Assembly (NCBI GenBank): GCA_963666485.2
Contig: CAXXUO010000002.1
Location: 128,001-192,000 of the forward strand
Direction of reading: 5' to 3'
DNA length: 64,000 bases
DNA from: Syntrophorhabdaceae bacterium
GTDB taxonomy: Bacteria; Desulfobacterota; Syntrophorhabdia; Syntrophorhabdales; Syntrophorhabdaceae
Below, piece after piece: positions 37,795-48,371 of the stretch. Below the pieces are notes generated by a model. It had not been told where the DNA came from, searched no databases, and saw only the letters and a program-made list of their open reading frames with translations. Both the position numbers and the translations under genes were made by a program. Numbering within the stretch: position 1 is the first letter of the stretch; the number at the start of each line of letters is the position of its first letter.

Positions 37795-40092
37795 TTATGT
37801 ATCCCTGTGGTCCAGCACCCTTCTGACGCTACTGGCAAGCTCCTGTTTGACGAGGGGTTTTGAGAGAAACTCCCTGATGCCGATCCGGCGCGCAGTGTCC
37901 GGCGAGATGGTCTGGCTGTACCCCGTACAGAGAATGATGGGGATATCTTTCCTTACAGCGAGGAGTTCTGCGGCGAGTTGCGGGCCGGCGATCCGGGGCA
38001 TGGCATAATCGGTGATCACGAGATCGAAGAGCGCGGGGTCGGAGGAAAAGATATTCAGGCCTTCCTCACTGTCGGTCACCGCGGTCACTTTATAACCAAG
38101 CCGCTCAAGGGTCTTCCTGCCCCATTCCGCGATCATCCTTTCGTCATCGACAAAGAGGATCTTCTCGGTGCCTCCGATGATTTCGGGAATTGCCACGGTT
38201 TTGGCATCCGCCCCGGTCTTCGCCTTGGGGAGCATCACCCTGAAGGTGGAACCTTCCCCGGGGACACTCTCAACGGCGATCGTCCCGTTCAGGTCCTTTA
38301 TAATGCCATAGACGACGCTAAGCCCCATGCCTGTACCCTTCCCCACCTCGCGCGTCGTAAAGAACGGGTCGAATAGCCTCTTCATGACCTCAGGGCCCAT
38401 TCCTACGCCTGTGTCCGTCACGACAAGCTGGACATATTCTCCCGGTGCCGCATACGTTCCCGGCATATTGATATCACCCTCGAAATCAATATCGGAAAGT
38501 TTGACCTCGAGGGTCCCTCCCTTTTCCTCCATGGCGAGCCAGGCGTTATTGACCAGGTTGATGAGGATCTGTTGTACCTCGACAGGCGACGCAAAGACCC
38601 TATCCGATGTTGCCGTGATGGAGAACTTTATCTCTACCATCGCGGGGATAGAGGCACGCATCAGCTGGATCGTCTCCTTTATAATTTCCGATAATGACAG
38701 GGGGCCCCTTTCATAGGTTGTCTTCCGGGCAAAAGCCAGTATCTGCTTAACCAGTTCTCTCGCTCTCATGGCTGACCGCACGACATTACCGAGATTATGG
38801 TGAACGTCGGGACGGTCCTGAACGTCTTCCTGCGCCATCTCCGTAAAACCCAGGATGGCAGCGAGGATATTGTTGAAGTCATGAGCAATACCTCCGGCCA
38901 TCGTACCGAGGGCCTCCATTTTATGGGATTGGCGGAGCGCCTCCTGCGTCCTCTCGCGCTCTTCCGTCTCGCGCCTGAGTGATACATAGGCTTGTTCCAA
39001 CTCGGAGGTACGCTCCTTCACCCTCATCTCGAGTTCATCATGGGCTTTACGCAGGGCTTCTTCCGCCATTTTACGCTCAACGATCTCCGACTGAAGGGAT
39101 TCATTGATGGACGCAAGCTCCCCTGCCCTTTCCCGCTCTTCCCTTAATGTTGTCCTGTGCACGACAAGCGAAAGGCCCAGCAAGGCCAAAAAGATCGACG
39201 CAGCGAGGAGTGAATTCATTTTCAGGCGTCCGCGCCATTCCTTAAGGACCGACTCGACAGGCACACCGGTGACTACCAAAAGCGGCAGATCGGGGACCTT
39301 CCTGTATGCCAGAAACCGGGGGGTGCCATCTATTGCGCTGGACTTGAACAAACCCGAAGGCGACCTGTTGAAAGGTTCCGTGAACACTGTGAGATTGCTC
39401 AAGTTCTTCCCAATCAATTCTTTTTTCATCGGCTGCCGGAGTATGAGCGCTCCGTCCGTGCGGAAAACCGCAACCGAGCTGTCTCGTCCTATGTCGATAT
39501 TTCGCAGGAAATCGGTGAAATCGTCCGTGTCGATGGCAGCCAGAACAATACCGAGAAATCTGCCCTCCTTCCCGTTGATCCGGTGGCTTATCGTGAAACT
39601 GTATTTCCCGGTGATCCTGCCTTTGACCAGCGGCCCGATATGAACAGGATCCCCTCTATCTCTTTGCAATCCAAAATATTCCCTGTCACGGAAATTGTCC
39701 GGTCGGGAAGGATATTGCGTGGAATCGAGGACAAGGTCCCCCCTGCTGTCGAGCAGCCACAGTGATCCGGCATCCGGCAATTCTCTGGCGGCCCCTTGAA
39801 ATCTTTCCCGTTCATTCGCGGACGAGACCGTTCCTTCAATCCCCGTCTCCCCGATCCTTTCCGCCCTGTTCGCTAATATTGCTTCTGTGGCGACAATGGT
39901 CCGCTTTATCCTCTCTTCGAGTGAGATGGCGGTCTTCTGAAGCACCAGCTGTGCACGCTCGACGGTTCTCTCGTAATCGCGCTGGGAGGTGTACCACAGG
40001 GTAAAAGCATCCAGCAGGAACAAGAGTATGAGGATAGATATCAGGTAGAACCGGGACGAAAGAAGACGTGCTGTTCTCTTTCTCACAGGCAT
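37795..40092 (-). CDS. Hybrid sensor histidine kinase (dCache-HisKA-HATPase-REC)
   Basis: GGIAHDFNNIL, NLVNNA, DTGVG, FDPFFTT and GTGMGL; C-terminal REC (FVDDE, TDYAMP). Confidence 0.93.
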   Translation of the reverse strand: MPVRKRTARLLSSRFYLISILILLFLLDAFTLWYTSQRDYERTVERAQLVLQKTAISLEERIKRTIVATEAILANRAERIGETGIEGTVSSANERERFQGAARELPDAGSLWLLDSRGDLVLDSTQYPSRPDNFRDREYFGLQRDRGDPVHIGPLVKGRITGKYSFTISHRINGKEGRFLGIVLAAIDTDDFTDFLRNIDIGRDSSVAVFRTDGALILRQPMKKELIGKNLSNLTVFTEPFNRSPSGLFKSSAIDGTPRFLAYRKVPDLPLLVVTGVPVESVLKEWRGRLKMNSLLAASIFLALLGLSLVVHRTTLREERERAGELASINESLQSEIVERKMAEEALRKAHDELEMRVKERTSELEQAYVSLRRETEERERTQEALRQSHKMEALGTMAGGIAHDFNNILAAILGFTEMAQEDVQDRPDVHHNLGNVVRSAMRARELVKQILAFARKTTYERGPLSLSEIIKETIQLMRASIPAMVEIKFSITATSDRVFASPVEVQQILINLVNNAWLAMEEKGGTLEVKLSDIDFEGDINMPGTYAAPGEYVQLVVTDTGVGMGPEVMKRLFDPFFTTREVGKGTGMGLSVVYGIIKDLNGTIAVESVPGEGSTFRVMLPKAKTGADAKTVAIPEIIGGTEKILFVDDERMIAEWGRKTLERLGYKVTAVTDSEEGLNIFSSDPALFDLVITDYAMPRIAGPQLAAELLAVRKDIPIILCTGYSQTISPDTARRIGIREFLSKPLVKQELASSVRRVLDHRDT

Positions 40093-40180
40093 ATATAGGT
40101 TATAACACTTTATGAGTTATTGGTTATATGCAAAATAAATGACTACCATGTCGCGGACGATATGCTCCGGTTTCGAGTAT

Positions 40181-40211
40181 CGTCACCCCGGTGTCAAGCA
40201 CCGGAATGACG
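40181..40211. repeat. REP-like intergenic palindrome
   Basis: CGTCA-CC-CCGGTG-TCAAG-CACCGG-AA-TGACG hairpin. Confidence 0.45.
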
Positions 40212-40319
40212 GCTAGGGGAGGATCGAACGTTGTTAAGGTATCTGGCCGGGACGACGGATGTAGCAGTTTATTATGCCATCAACCGTTATTTATTAGAGA
40301 GTTGTTCCGGGCAGGCCGC

Positions 40320-41378
40320 TCAACTCCCTTCATTTTCGCCGTCTTCCATCCAGTACACCAGGAGGTTGTAGCCTATCGAAAGAACGATGGCACCGGTAAA
40401 AAGCCCGAGGAGGCCCGAGAATATGAACCCGCCTATCGCGCCAAGGAAAATGACCAGCATAGGCACCGGGGAGCCTTTCCCCATGAGCAGGGGCTTCAGT
40501 ACATTGTCAGATATACCGACGAAGAGAAGCGCGATCGTCCACAGGATGGCCGGCACGACGGCTTTTGCCGAAAAAATGTAAATGACGACCGGTATGATGA
40601 CAATGGCTGTAGGCAATTGAAGAATGGCGATAATGAGGACCGCAAAAGCCCAGAGCGCTCCAAGGGGCACGCCGGCGAGCATGAAAATCGTGCCCGCCGC
40701 GAGGAACTGGAAAAATGCCACACCGAGGATGCCTTTGGCCACGTTCTGGATCGTGATCCGCATTTGAGGGACGATCTCATCACCACGTTCCCCGGCCAGG
40801 CGGCGGACCAGTTTCCTGACAAAAACTCCCGACACATCCGCCTTGATGAGGAATATACCGCCGATAATTATCGACACGAAGAACATGACCAGGCTCTTCC
40901 CGAAGCCGCCGAGCGGCCCGATAATTCTCATGCCGAATTTTGCCAGCGGCTCCCTGTACGTGGTGATGGCCGACTCCAGGCTATGAGACGCGAGCGACCA
41001 GGCTTCCGATATCGGTTTCCCGATAAGGGGCCACCCGGCAACGGAGGGATCGGGGGGAGGGACAACGAGGGTGTGCTCCCTGAACCGGGTAACCAGGCCA
41101 TGTACCCCGTCGATCAGCGACATGACAAGCCATGTGCTCGGCAGCAGAAGGATGACGAGGATGAGGACGGTCAAAACTACCCCTGCCAGCATGTTCCTCT
41201 CGCCCATCCAGCGCCTCACCATCACGAAGAGAGGGTGCAGGGTAACGGCGATGATCGCACCCCAGATCACAGGCTGGATAAAGGGGAGAATGATCCCGAT
41301 GCACCAGGCGATAAGCGCAAAGAGCACGACGATCCTGATGATCGTATCGATCGAAGGAAATTTAACAGTGTGGTTCAT
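40320..41378 (-). CDS. AI-2E family transporter
   Basis: PFIQPVIWG...LHP, DNVLKPLL and GAIGG...GLFTG motifs. Confidence 0.9.
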   Translation of the reverse strand: MNHTVKFPSIDTIIRIVVLFALIAWCIGIILPFIQPVIWGAIIAVTLHPLFVMVRRWMGERNMLAGVVLTVLILVILLLPSTWLVMSLIDGVHGLVTRFREHTLVVPPPDPSVAGWPLIGKPISEAWSLASHSLESAITTYREPLAKFGMRIIGPLGGFGKSLVMFFVSIIIGGIFLIKADVSGVFVRKLVRRLAGERGDEIVPQMRITIQNVAKGILGVAFFQFLAAGTIFMLAGVPLGALWAFAVLIIAILQLPTAIVIIPVVIYIFSAKAVVPAILWTIALLFVGISDNVLKPLLMGKGSPVPMLVIFLGAIGGFIFSGLLGLFTGAIVLSIGYNLLVYWMEDGENEGS

Positions 41379-41512
41379 ATGATCATCCTTTCTCTATTTT
41401 AGAAAGGGGGGTGTAATTGTGTCAATAACAATCCGAAAAACCCGGCGTGATCATCATTTCCGGCTTGCGATTACACGAACATTGGTCGATAATGATGGGG
41501 CACGGAGATGTA

Positions 41513-42853
41513 ATGCAGATATTTATAACCCTCATTGAAAGCATGGCGGTCATCATCGTTATCGCCTACCTGGTGACGCGAAGCAGGTTCTATTCCGATG
41601 TCATGTCCGGCACTATCTCCACCATGAACCGCCTGTACCTTATCCTCATTTTCGGCGGGTTTTCGATCTACGGGACATTGAGCGGATTCAAGGTCATGGG
41701 GGCGATCGCCAACATACGGGACCTCGGGCCCGCCATTGCGGGCCTCATCGCAGGGCCCGTCGTCGGTTTAGGCGCCGGGCTCATAGGCGGAATACACAGG
41801 TATTTTCAGGGTGGGTTCACATGCGAGCCCTGCTCGATATCCACGGTCGTGGCGGGTCTTGCAGGCGGGATCGTGTATACCTTGAGAAAAGGCAGACCGG
41901 CAAGCATACCCTTAAGGGTCCTGTTCATGGTCGCGGTCGAGGCTTTTCACATGGGGCTGACCCTGCTCTTGAGCCGTCCGTTCGATGAGGCCCTCGCCCT
42001 CGTGAAACAGATCAGCGTCCCCATGATCGTGGCGAACGGCGCCGGAATAGGCATTTACACCTTCATCATCAAGAATCTTATCAGGGAACGCTCGGTAGAG
42101 GCTGCAAAGCAGGTGATAGAAGGCGAGCTCAAGGCGGCGCGGGAGATACAGATGGGAATTGTGCCTAGGATGTTCCCTCCCTTCCCCGACCGGAAAGAAT
42201 TTGACATCAATGCCGTTCTCGTACCGGCGAAAGAAGTGGGCGGCGATTTTTACGATTTCTTTTTCATCGATGACGATCGCCTGTTCTTTACGATCGGCGA
42301 TGTTTCGGGCAAAGGCGTTCCGGGATCCCTCTTCATGGCCGTCACGATAACATTGCTGCGGTCTACCGCCATGCAGGGGAAGAAGGCGGGTGAAATGCTG
42401 GAAAGCGTGAATAGCTCGTTGTCACGGGAGAACGCAACGAACATGTTTGTCACCGTTTTCTGCGGGGTCATGAACATACGGACCGGTTTCGTGGAATATG
42501 CGAACGCCGGGCATAATCCTCCCTTCGTCATCCGTAAGGATGGCAGTATCGATATGCTTTCCGGCAACGGGGCCCTCGTGCTTGCCGCTATGGAGAATAC
42601 CCCGTACGAGACAATGGCGGTCGCCCTGTCTCCGGGGGACATGATCTTTCATTACACGGATGGCGTTACAGAGGCAATGGACACGAAAGGCAACTTCTTT
42701 GGCGATGAAAAGCTTGCGGACGCCCTGAAGAAGACGCAGGGGATGCCCGCCGACGATGCCGTAGCCGCAATCCTCTCGGAGATACATGCGTTTGTATCCG
42801 GGGCCGAACAGTCCGACGACATAACCATGCTGGCCATACGGTACGCCGGCTGA
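41513..42853 (+). CDS. LytS/YhcK 5TM sensor fused to a PP2C (SpoIIE/RsbU-type) phosphatase
   Basis: ANIRDLG..IAGL.AGP.VGL; AREIQ, EVGGDFYD, GDVSGKG, NAGH, YTDG and DDIT motifs. Likely start ATG 41513. Confidence 0.92.
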   Translation: MQIFITLIESMAVIIVIAYLVTRSRFYSDVMSGTISTMNRLYLILIFGGFSIYGTLSGFKVMGAIANIRDLGPAIAGLIAGPVVGLGAGLIGGIHRYFQGGFTCEPCSISTVVAGLAGGIVYTLRKGRPASIPLRVLFMVAVEAFHMGLTLLLSRPFDEALALVKQISVPMIVANGAGIGIYTFIIKNLIRERSVEAAKQVIEGELKAAREIQMGIVPRMFPPFPDRKEFDINAVLVPAKEVGGDFYDFFFIDDDRLFFTIGDVSGKGVPGSLFMAVTITLLRSTAMQGKKAGEMLESVNSSLSRENATNMFVTVFCGVMNIRTGFVEYANAGHNPPFVIRKDGSIDMLSGNGALVLAAMENTPYETMAVALSPGDMIFHYTDGVTEAMDTKGNFFGDEKLADALKKTQGMPADDAVAAILSEIHAFVSGAEQSDDITMLAIRYAG

Positions 42854-42856
42854 GCA

Positions 42857-43798
42857 CTACTTCTCTATCTTTACCCGCATATTCGGCTTGCGCGTGAACC
42901 GCGTTGCGAACCAGGCGCCGATCAGGCCTCCGCCCAGGGAAAAGAGGGTATCTTCCCCTATGTCCACGAGGATCTGCGGTATGTTCGCCGCAAACACCGC
43001 CCATCTAACCGTAAGGCCCACTTTGATGGCATGCTGGTGCGTGTAATACCCGGCAGTGAAGATGAGCCCGAGAAGGACCGAGACAACGGTGAACAGGCCG
43101 CTGATGACCTGTATCGGCAAGCCGACCCTGCCGGCCGCTTTCCGGACACAAAAACCGATCCCGATACCAATGCCTATGGCCACGGCCCAGAGCATCCTGC
43201 CCGTCAGTATGATGATCCCGCCGTAGGCGAGGGCCCCTATGATCGCCGTAACGGCCGCGACCAGGATCGCCAGGGGCACATTCATGGGAAGCTTTTCATA
43301 AAGTGCCTCCTGCTCGACGGCCTCCTGTTCGAGCCTCTCTATGCAGCCCGCGCAAATACGGTCCACCATGCCGTTGGCGAGAAGCGGCTGATCGACCGTG
43401 GTCCTGGCGCAAACGCGGCATACGAGGCCCGGGGGCGGGGCTATGCTCTTCAGGGAGTGAATGATCGCCTCCATGCTGCCCGTGAATTTCTCTACCTTCG
43501 GGAACCCCGTGATCCCCCTGACGTTGTTGAATATGACCATGCCGTCGGCGACCTCGATGGTCTTCGCCTTGATCCCTGCCTGCACCACCTCGGGCATCCC
43601 CGGCAGGGTTTCTTTGACCGTTCCATCCATGGCGGCATCGTCATAGCGCACAATGCCGCTCAGGATCGTATTGTTGCCCTTGGTACGGATGAGGACCTGG
43701 ACCGGGTAATCGTCTTTCATCCCTATCGCCGTCTTCTGATCGTGATGAAAGGTCAAACCGAGTGATGCGCCTGCTTCTTCTATGATCTTGTTGGCCAC
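42857..43798 (-). CDS. Hypothetical membrane protein with two CxxC motifs
   Basis: CRVC...CAGC followed by about four TM segments; GGGGG RBS before GTG. Confidence 0.75.
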   Translation of the reverse strand: MANKIIEEAGASLGLTFHHDQKTAIGMKDDYPVQVLIRTKGNNTILSGIVRYDDAAMDGTVKETLPGMPEVVQAGIKAKTIEVADGMVIFNNVRGITGFPKVEKFTGSMEAIIHSLKSIAPPPGLVCRVCARTTVDQPLLANGMVDRICAGCIERLEQEAVEQEALYEKLPMNVPLAILVAAVTAIIGALAYGGIIILTGRMLWAVAIGIGIGIGFCVRKAAGRVGLPIQVISGLFTVVSVLLGLIFTAGYYTHQHAIKVGLTVRWAVFAANIPQILVDIGEDTLFSLGGGLIGAWFATRFTRKPNMRVKIEK

Positions 43799-43835
43799 AA
43801 CAACCCCCTTTACACATTATCTCCCGCCTTTCGGC

Positions 43836-45668
43836 CTATTTGACACCTGCCGGGGCGGGGGTTTCGTTCTGCTTCAGCATGATCGCTATATCGCCCAGGC
43901 TTCGCGTCGGGCTGTCAGCGGCGATCTTGATGACCCCCGGGGCGTTCTCAACGCTGAAGGTAACACCGGGCGGCGCCTTCAAGGGGACCTGCTCCTTCTC
44001 TGTCATCACCGCGAGAACATATTCCCCCTTGCCCATATCCTTGAACTCGAACCGGCCCGCCTCGTCCGTTGTCTTCCCATCGACGGGAAAGCCGCCATAG
44101 TACTGGGGGTCGATCTGCGTCATCTTCGGCCTGTACGTGAAGAGTGCGACCTTTGTCCCCGCAAGCGGCGCCCCGTTCAGCTTCAAGACCCCCGTTACCG
44201 ATGTTCCCGCGACGACGGGCTCGTTCAGGAAGGCGGCTTTCGTGAGGTCGGCCCCCCTTACCTTTGCTTTCGTCGCCCAGGTCTTCGCCTCGTCCATCCT
44301 GCCGAAATGCATGAACGCCTCGGATATCCGTAAAGCCTGGGTCTTGCCGATGTACCATTTCTTTTCGTCGGCAAAAGACCTCAGGTACGTCTCGTTCTCT
44401 GCCGTGGCGGGAATGGTGGAGAGGCGCCTCAGGAGAAACAGGCGTGGCAGCAGCTGGAATTCGGCATTCCTGAACATCTGCCCGGTCCCTTTTTCCATGT
44501 CCCAGAGTTTGACGTACCCCTTCATAATGGCATCCCGGCCGGCATGGAGGTAGAGGGAGCCGTCCTTGCGGAGCGCGACGTAGTCCTCTATCTTCTTGAT
44601 GTTTCCCGGGGTGAGCGCGTACGTGTTGTTGTATACCAGAAGGCTGCTGCCCGCGGCCTCCATGCGCCACTCCTGGACTGCCGGCTTGTCGGGGATAAAG
44701 AGCACCATGGTCTTTACCGCGGTCCCTTTCTCGGGTATCCCCACCGCCTCGGCGAGGTTCTTCTTCTTGAAGTCGTACCGGGCGGCGGCATCGTTATATG
44801 TACTGCCGACGATGCCGGTATAGGCCGCAAGGAGGATAAGCGGGAGGATGAGCCTCAGGAGGCGCACCTTCACCGTCAACCGCCTCGCCGAAAGCACCGT
44901 GACAAACCCGGCAATAATGGCGAACGAAAGCCCCAGCATTACCATGACGGCCCTCGCGAAGAGCTGCCAGCCAAGGAGGCTCGGTTCAGCGGACTTGCCC
45001 AGCACTTCCGTTATAAGCAGGAAATACTTGTCGAAACACCAGTTGTAGAGCAGGAGCATACAATACGTGATGGCTCCGCAGGCGGCCCCCATGAGAAAGC
45101 TCGCCGCAACCTTCGGCCATGCAGACGCGAAATCGTCCTTGTCGCCCGGGCGCCAGGACGTAAGATCGCCCGCCCACCCCATCTCGCCGACAAGGAGCCA
45201 GAGAATACCGGATATGGCGCTCATGAGGATCCCGTAGAGCAGAAGGGACTCCGGCATGGGGGAAGGAAAGACCCCCGAAAAGATGGCGAGCGGCGTCCGT
45301 GCCGCGGCCACGATAAAAAGGAAGGCCAGGACCATGCCCCCCAGTCCGGCAATGATGGCTTTTACTTTTTTGACACCCGGCTTCAGGAGAGAACGGAAGT
45401 TAGGGTTCAGTTCAAAAAGAACAAGGAAATAACCAATGAGGGCAAATCCAAGGATCACCCAGATCGTCACCTGAGCGTTGGCCCCCAAAAACCCGAGGAA
45501 GCCTGTCGCCATGGCCTCGAAGTCGGCCTTCTCCTTCATTGTCAGAAGCATGTCGACGTAGCTCGGTCTCGCAATGGCGTTGAGGACGGCGACGATGCCG
45601 ATGGCGGAAGCAACCCCGAATATCCCCATCACGATGACAAGGATCAGGCCTCTTATGAAGTCTTTCAT
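43836..45668 (-). CDS. Hypothetical polytopic membrane protein with a C-terminal carboxypeptidase-regulatory-like (Cna-B-type) domain
   Basis: About seven TM segments; C-terminal GAPLAGTKVAL...TTDEAGRFEFKDMGKGEY. Start ATG 45668 with GGGGGAG RBS. Confidence 0.75.
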   Translation of the reverse strand: MKDFIRGLILVIVMGIFGVASAIGIVAVLNAIARPSYVDMLLTMKEKADFEAMATGFLGFLGANAQVTIWVILGFALIGYFLVLFELNPNFRSLLKPGVKKVKAIIAGLGGMVLAFLFIVAAARTPLAIFSGVFPSPMPESLLLYGILMSAISGILWLLVGEMGWAGDLTSWRPGDKDDFASAWPKVAASFLMGAACGAITYCMLLLYNWCFDKYFLLITEVLGKSAEPSLLGWQLFARAVMVMLGLSFAIIAGFVTVLSARRLTVKVRLLRLILPLILLAAYTGIVGSTYNDAAARYDFKKKNLAEAVGIPEKGTAVKTMVLFIPDKPAVQEWRMEAAGSSLLVYNNTYALTPGNIKKIEDYVALRKDGSLYLHAGRDAIMKGYVKLWDMEKGTGQMFRNAEFQLLPRLFLLRRLSTIPATAENETYLRSFADEKKWYIGKTQALRISEAFMHFGRMDEAKTWATKAKVRGADLTKAAFLNEPVVAGTSVTGVLKLNGAPLAGTKVALFTYRPKMTQIDPQYYGGFPVDGKTTDEAGRFEFKDMGKGEYVLAVMTEKEQVPLKAPPGVTFSVENAPGVIKIAADSPTRSLGDIAIMLKQNETPAPAGVK

Positions 45669-45977
45669 GAATCTCCCCCTTTTTGTCGTTACCGTGCGTT
45701 TCTTTCCATTGTCCACAAATCCTTGCATGTGTGCAATAAAAAACTGCCTGCCATCTTCTGCCCCATCCGGCCTGTGCGATCAGGCGGAAGACAAAACCCA
45801 TGATCTCGGCGCACATCTCAAATGAACGTCTAGAATTTATCCTGTTATACTGCTAGACTCAAAACAAGACCCTCTTTCAAGGGTGTACACACGCTTCAGG
45901 TGCCATTCCTCCCGGTATTCTTCTGTCACCCTCAAGGGCCATGGGACGCATCTGGAAGAACGAACCAGGAGTTACCT

Positions 45978-46802
45978 ATGAAACAGATGCCGACGATGCT
46001 TCTCTGGTTGTCTCTCGCGTTTGCAGCAGCGTCACCCCTTTTTGCCGGACCGCCCATGGGGAATGATGACGTGGTCAAGCTGGTCAGGGCGGGCATGAGT
46101 GAAGCCCTGATACTATCAAGCATCGATTCCTGCGAACCCGGGTTCGACACATCGGCGGACGCCCTCATCAAGCTCAAGAAGGCCGGGGTCAGCGACACGA
46201 TCATTCAGCGCATGCTATCAAAGAAACCCGCGTCGTCCCTCCCGCAGGCGGTCGGCGCACAAGGTTCGGTCTGCGCGCTTGCCGCACCCGAGAGCCTGCT
46301 TCCCGTGATGGACGGCCCACGCCAGGTTAATCTTTCATTCCGCGAAGCGGACATAGACGAAGATGTCAGCGCGGGCAGCACGATAGCCAACATACTCACC
46401 CTCGGCGTCGCTCCCGAAAAAGGTACCGTATCGGCACGCATTTCGGGTGCGCGGGCCTCGCATCGCATCACGTCGGGATCGCCGGTATTTCTCGACCTGG
46501 CCACCATCGAGGGCCAGTCGCCCGGTGATGTTTTCGCTCTGATCAGGTTCGATATCAAGGATGGGGACCGGACCGTGGTCATAGGCGAGGCATCTGCATC
46601 CCTCTTCGGAGGCTACAAAGGCCGTTCCAAGTTCAAGGACGGCACGGAGATTTCCCTGAAGCTCGAAAAGAAACAGAGCAACTGCAGGTACAAAGACCAG
46701 ACGATAAACATTTACAGCGGTACGCCGGAGACGCCGCTCAGGCCGGGCGAATATGCCCTCATCTACGGCGAGATACTCTACGACTTCGGCGTGGGGCCTT
46801 GA
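45978..46802 (+). CDS. Hypothetical secreted protein
   Basis: AGGAG RBS; signal peptide; NDDVVKLVRAGMSEALI...LIKLKKAGVSDTII helical repeat; PLRPGEYAL...YDFGV. Confidence 0.8.
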   Translation: MKQMPTMLLWLSLAFAAASPLFAGPPMGNDDVVKLVRAGMSEALILSSIDSCEPGFDTSADALIKLKKAGVSDTIIQRMLSKKPASSLPQAVGAQGSVCALAAPESLLPVMDGPRQVNLSFREADIDEDVSAGSTIANILTLGVAPEKGTVSARISGARASHRITSGSPVFLDLATIEGQSPGDVFALIRFDIKDGDRTVVIGEASASLFGGYKGRSKFKDGTEISLKLEKKQSNCRYKDQTINIYSGTPETPLRPGEYALIYGEILYDFGVGP

Positions 46803-46986
46803 TATGCGCATCGGGAGACATTAAAACGAAAGAAGGAAGGGATCACCTTTGACGAACGAAGCTGCGTCGCGGTAGTGAAGACCATGGATTTTGCCATGCC
46901 TCTGACATGCGAGACGGCCGGAAACTGTCCGCGGTCCGCAAAGTAGATATTCCTGTGGATGAAGATACGCGTAAGGAGACACTTCT

Positions 46987-48312
46987 ATGAGACGCCCCGA
47001 CATTAAAATGATACTCCCGGGCCCTGAGGCCTCAAAGCTCATCGAGATCGACTCGGCCCATGTATCGCCTTCGTACACGAGGGTCTACCCCCTGGTGGCG
47101 CAGAAGGGCGAAGGGCTCTGGATCGAGGATGTCGACGGGAACACCTTTCTCGACTTCACGGCGGGCATTGCGGTCTGCGCCACCGGGCACTGCCACCCCC
47201 GCGTGGTGGAAGCTATCAAGGAACAGGCAGACCGCCTGCTTCACATGTCCGGGACGGATTTCTATTACACGCCGCAGGTCAGGCTGGCCGAGAAGCTTGG
47301 TGCGGTCATCCCGGGGAGCACGGCAAAGAAGGTCTATTTCGGCAACTCAGGGGCCGAGGCGGTCGAGGCGGCATTCAAGCTCGCCAGGTGGCACACGCGC
47401 AGGGAGCTGAACATAGCGTTTTTCGGCGCCTTTCACGGACGGACGATGGGCGCCCTTTCGCTGACCGCGAGCAAGAGCCAGCAGAAAAAACACTACCATC
47501 CGTTTGTCCCCGGCATCACTCACATCCCGTATGCCTATTGCTACCGCTGTCCGTACGGAGGGTGTTACCCGAAGTGCGGGATCGAGTGCGTGCACTGGAT
47601 CGAGGACACGCTCTTCCACACCAGCATGTCACCGGAAGAAGTGGCTGCCGTTTTCGTCGAGCCGATACAGGGAGAAGGAGGTTACATCGTTCCGCCTCCC
47701 GAGTTCCACCGGGAGCTTCGCCGCATCACCGCGAAATGGGGGATCCTCTATGTGGCCGACGAGGTACAGTCAGGAATGGGCAGGACCGGGAGAATGACGG
47801 CCATGGAGCATTTCGGCGTCGAACCGGATATCATCGCCCTGGCAAAGGGTATAGCTTCGGGGCTTCCTCTCGGCGCCATGGTCGCCCCGGCCGGGATCAT
47901 GGACTGGGAAGCGGGTTCCCACGCCTCGACCTTCGGAGGCAATCCCCTGTCCTGCCAGGCGTCGCTTGCTACCATAGAACTCCTCGAAGGAGGGCTCATG
48001 GCGAATGCGGCCGTTATGGGCGAACGTCTTCTGAATGGCTTCAAAGAACTTCAAGATACATACGAATGCATCGGGGACGTTCGCGGTAAAGGGCTCATGA
48101 TCGGCGTTGAACTGGTGAAGGACCGGACGACCAGGGAGAGGGCCGGCGATTGGCGAAATGTTATAATAAAGAAGGCGTTCGAGAAGGGGCTTCTCCTTCT
48201 CGGCTGCGGCGAGAATACGCTGCGTATCTGCCCTGCCCTCACGGTATCGCAGGACGAGATCGACATGTTCCTGTCGATGCTCGCAGAGATACTCAAAGAG
48301 GTGGCGGGCTGA
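46987..48312 (+). CDS. Class III PLP aminotransferase (ornithine/lysine/GABA omega-aminotransferase-like)
   Basis: NSGAEAVE, FHGRT, EPIQGEGG, DEVQSGMGRTG, AKGIASG and STFGGNP motifs. Confidence 0.92.
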   Translation: MRRPDIKMILPGPEASKLIEIDSAHVSPSYTRVYPLVAQKGEGLWIEDVDGNTFLDFTAGIAVCATGHCHPRVVEAIKEQADRLLHMSGTDFYYTPQVRLAEKLGAVIPGSTAKKVYFGNSGAEAVEAAFKLARWHTRRELNIAFFGAFHGRTMGALSLTASKSQQKKHYHPFVPGITHIPYAYCYRCPYGGCYPKCGIECVHWIEDTLFHTSMSPEEVAAVFVEPIQGEGGYIVPPPEFHRELRRITAKWGILYVADEVQSGMGRTGRMTAMEHFGVEPDIIALAKGIASGLPLGAMVAPAGIMDWEAGSHASTFGGNPLSCQASLATIELLEGGLMANAAVMGERLLNGFKELQDTYECIGDVRGKGLMIGVELVKDRTTRERAGDWRNVIIKKAFEKGLLLLGCGENTLRICPALTVSQDEIDMFLSMLAEILKEVAG

Positions 48313-48371
48313 CAACATTCGTACAGGCGGCCGACCGGGCATTTCACGATCGGCTCCGGGGAGAATAGGTC

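Noticed and set aside
40191..41402. 403-aa plus-strand ORF, and similar long antisense ORFs at 22053-23213, 44544-45803, 48927-49934 and 53401-54390
   Set aside because: These are shadow ORFs opposite well-supported genes, as expected in GC-rich DNA, and show no motifs.
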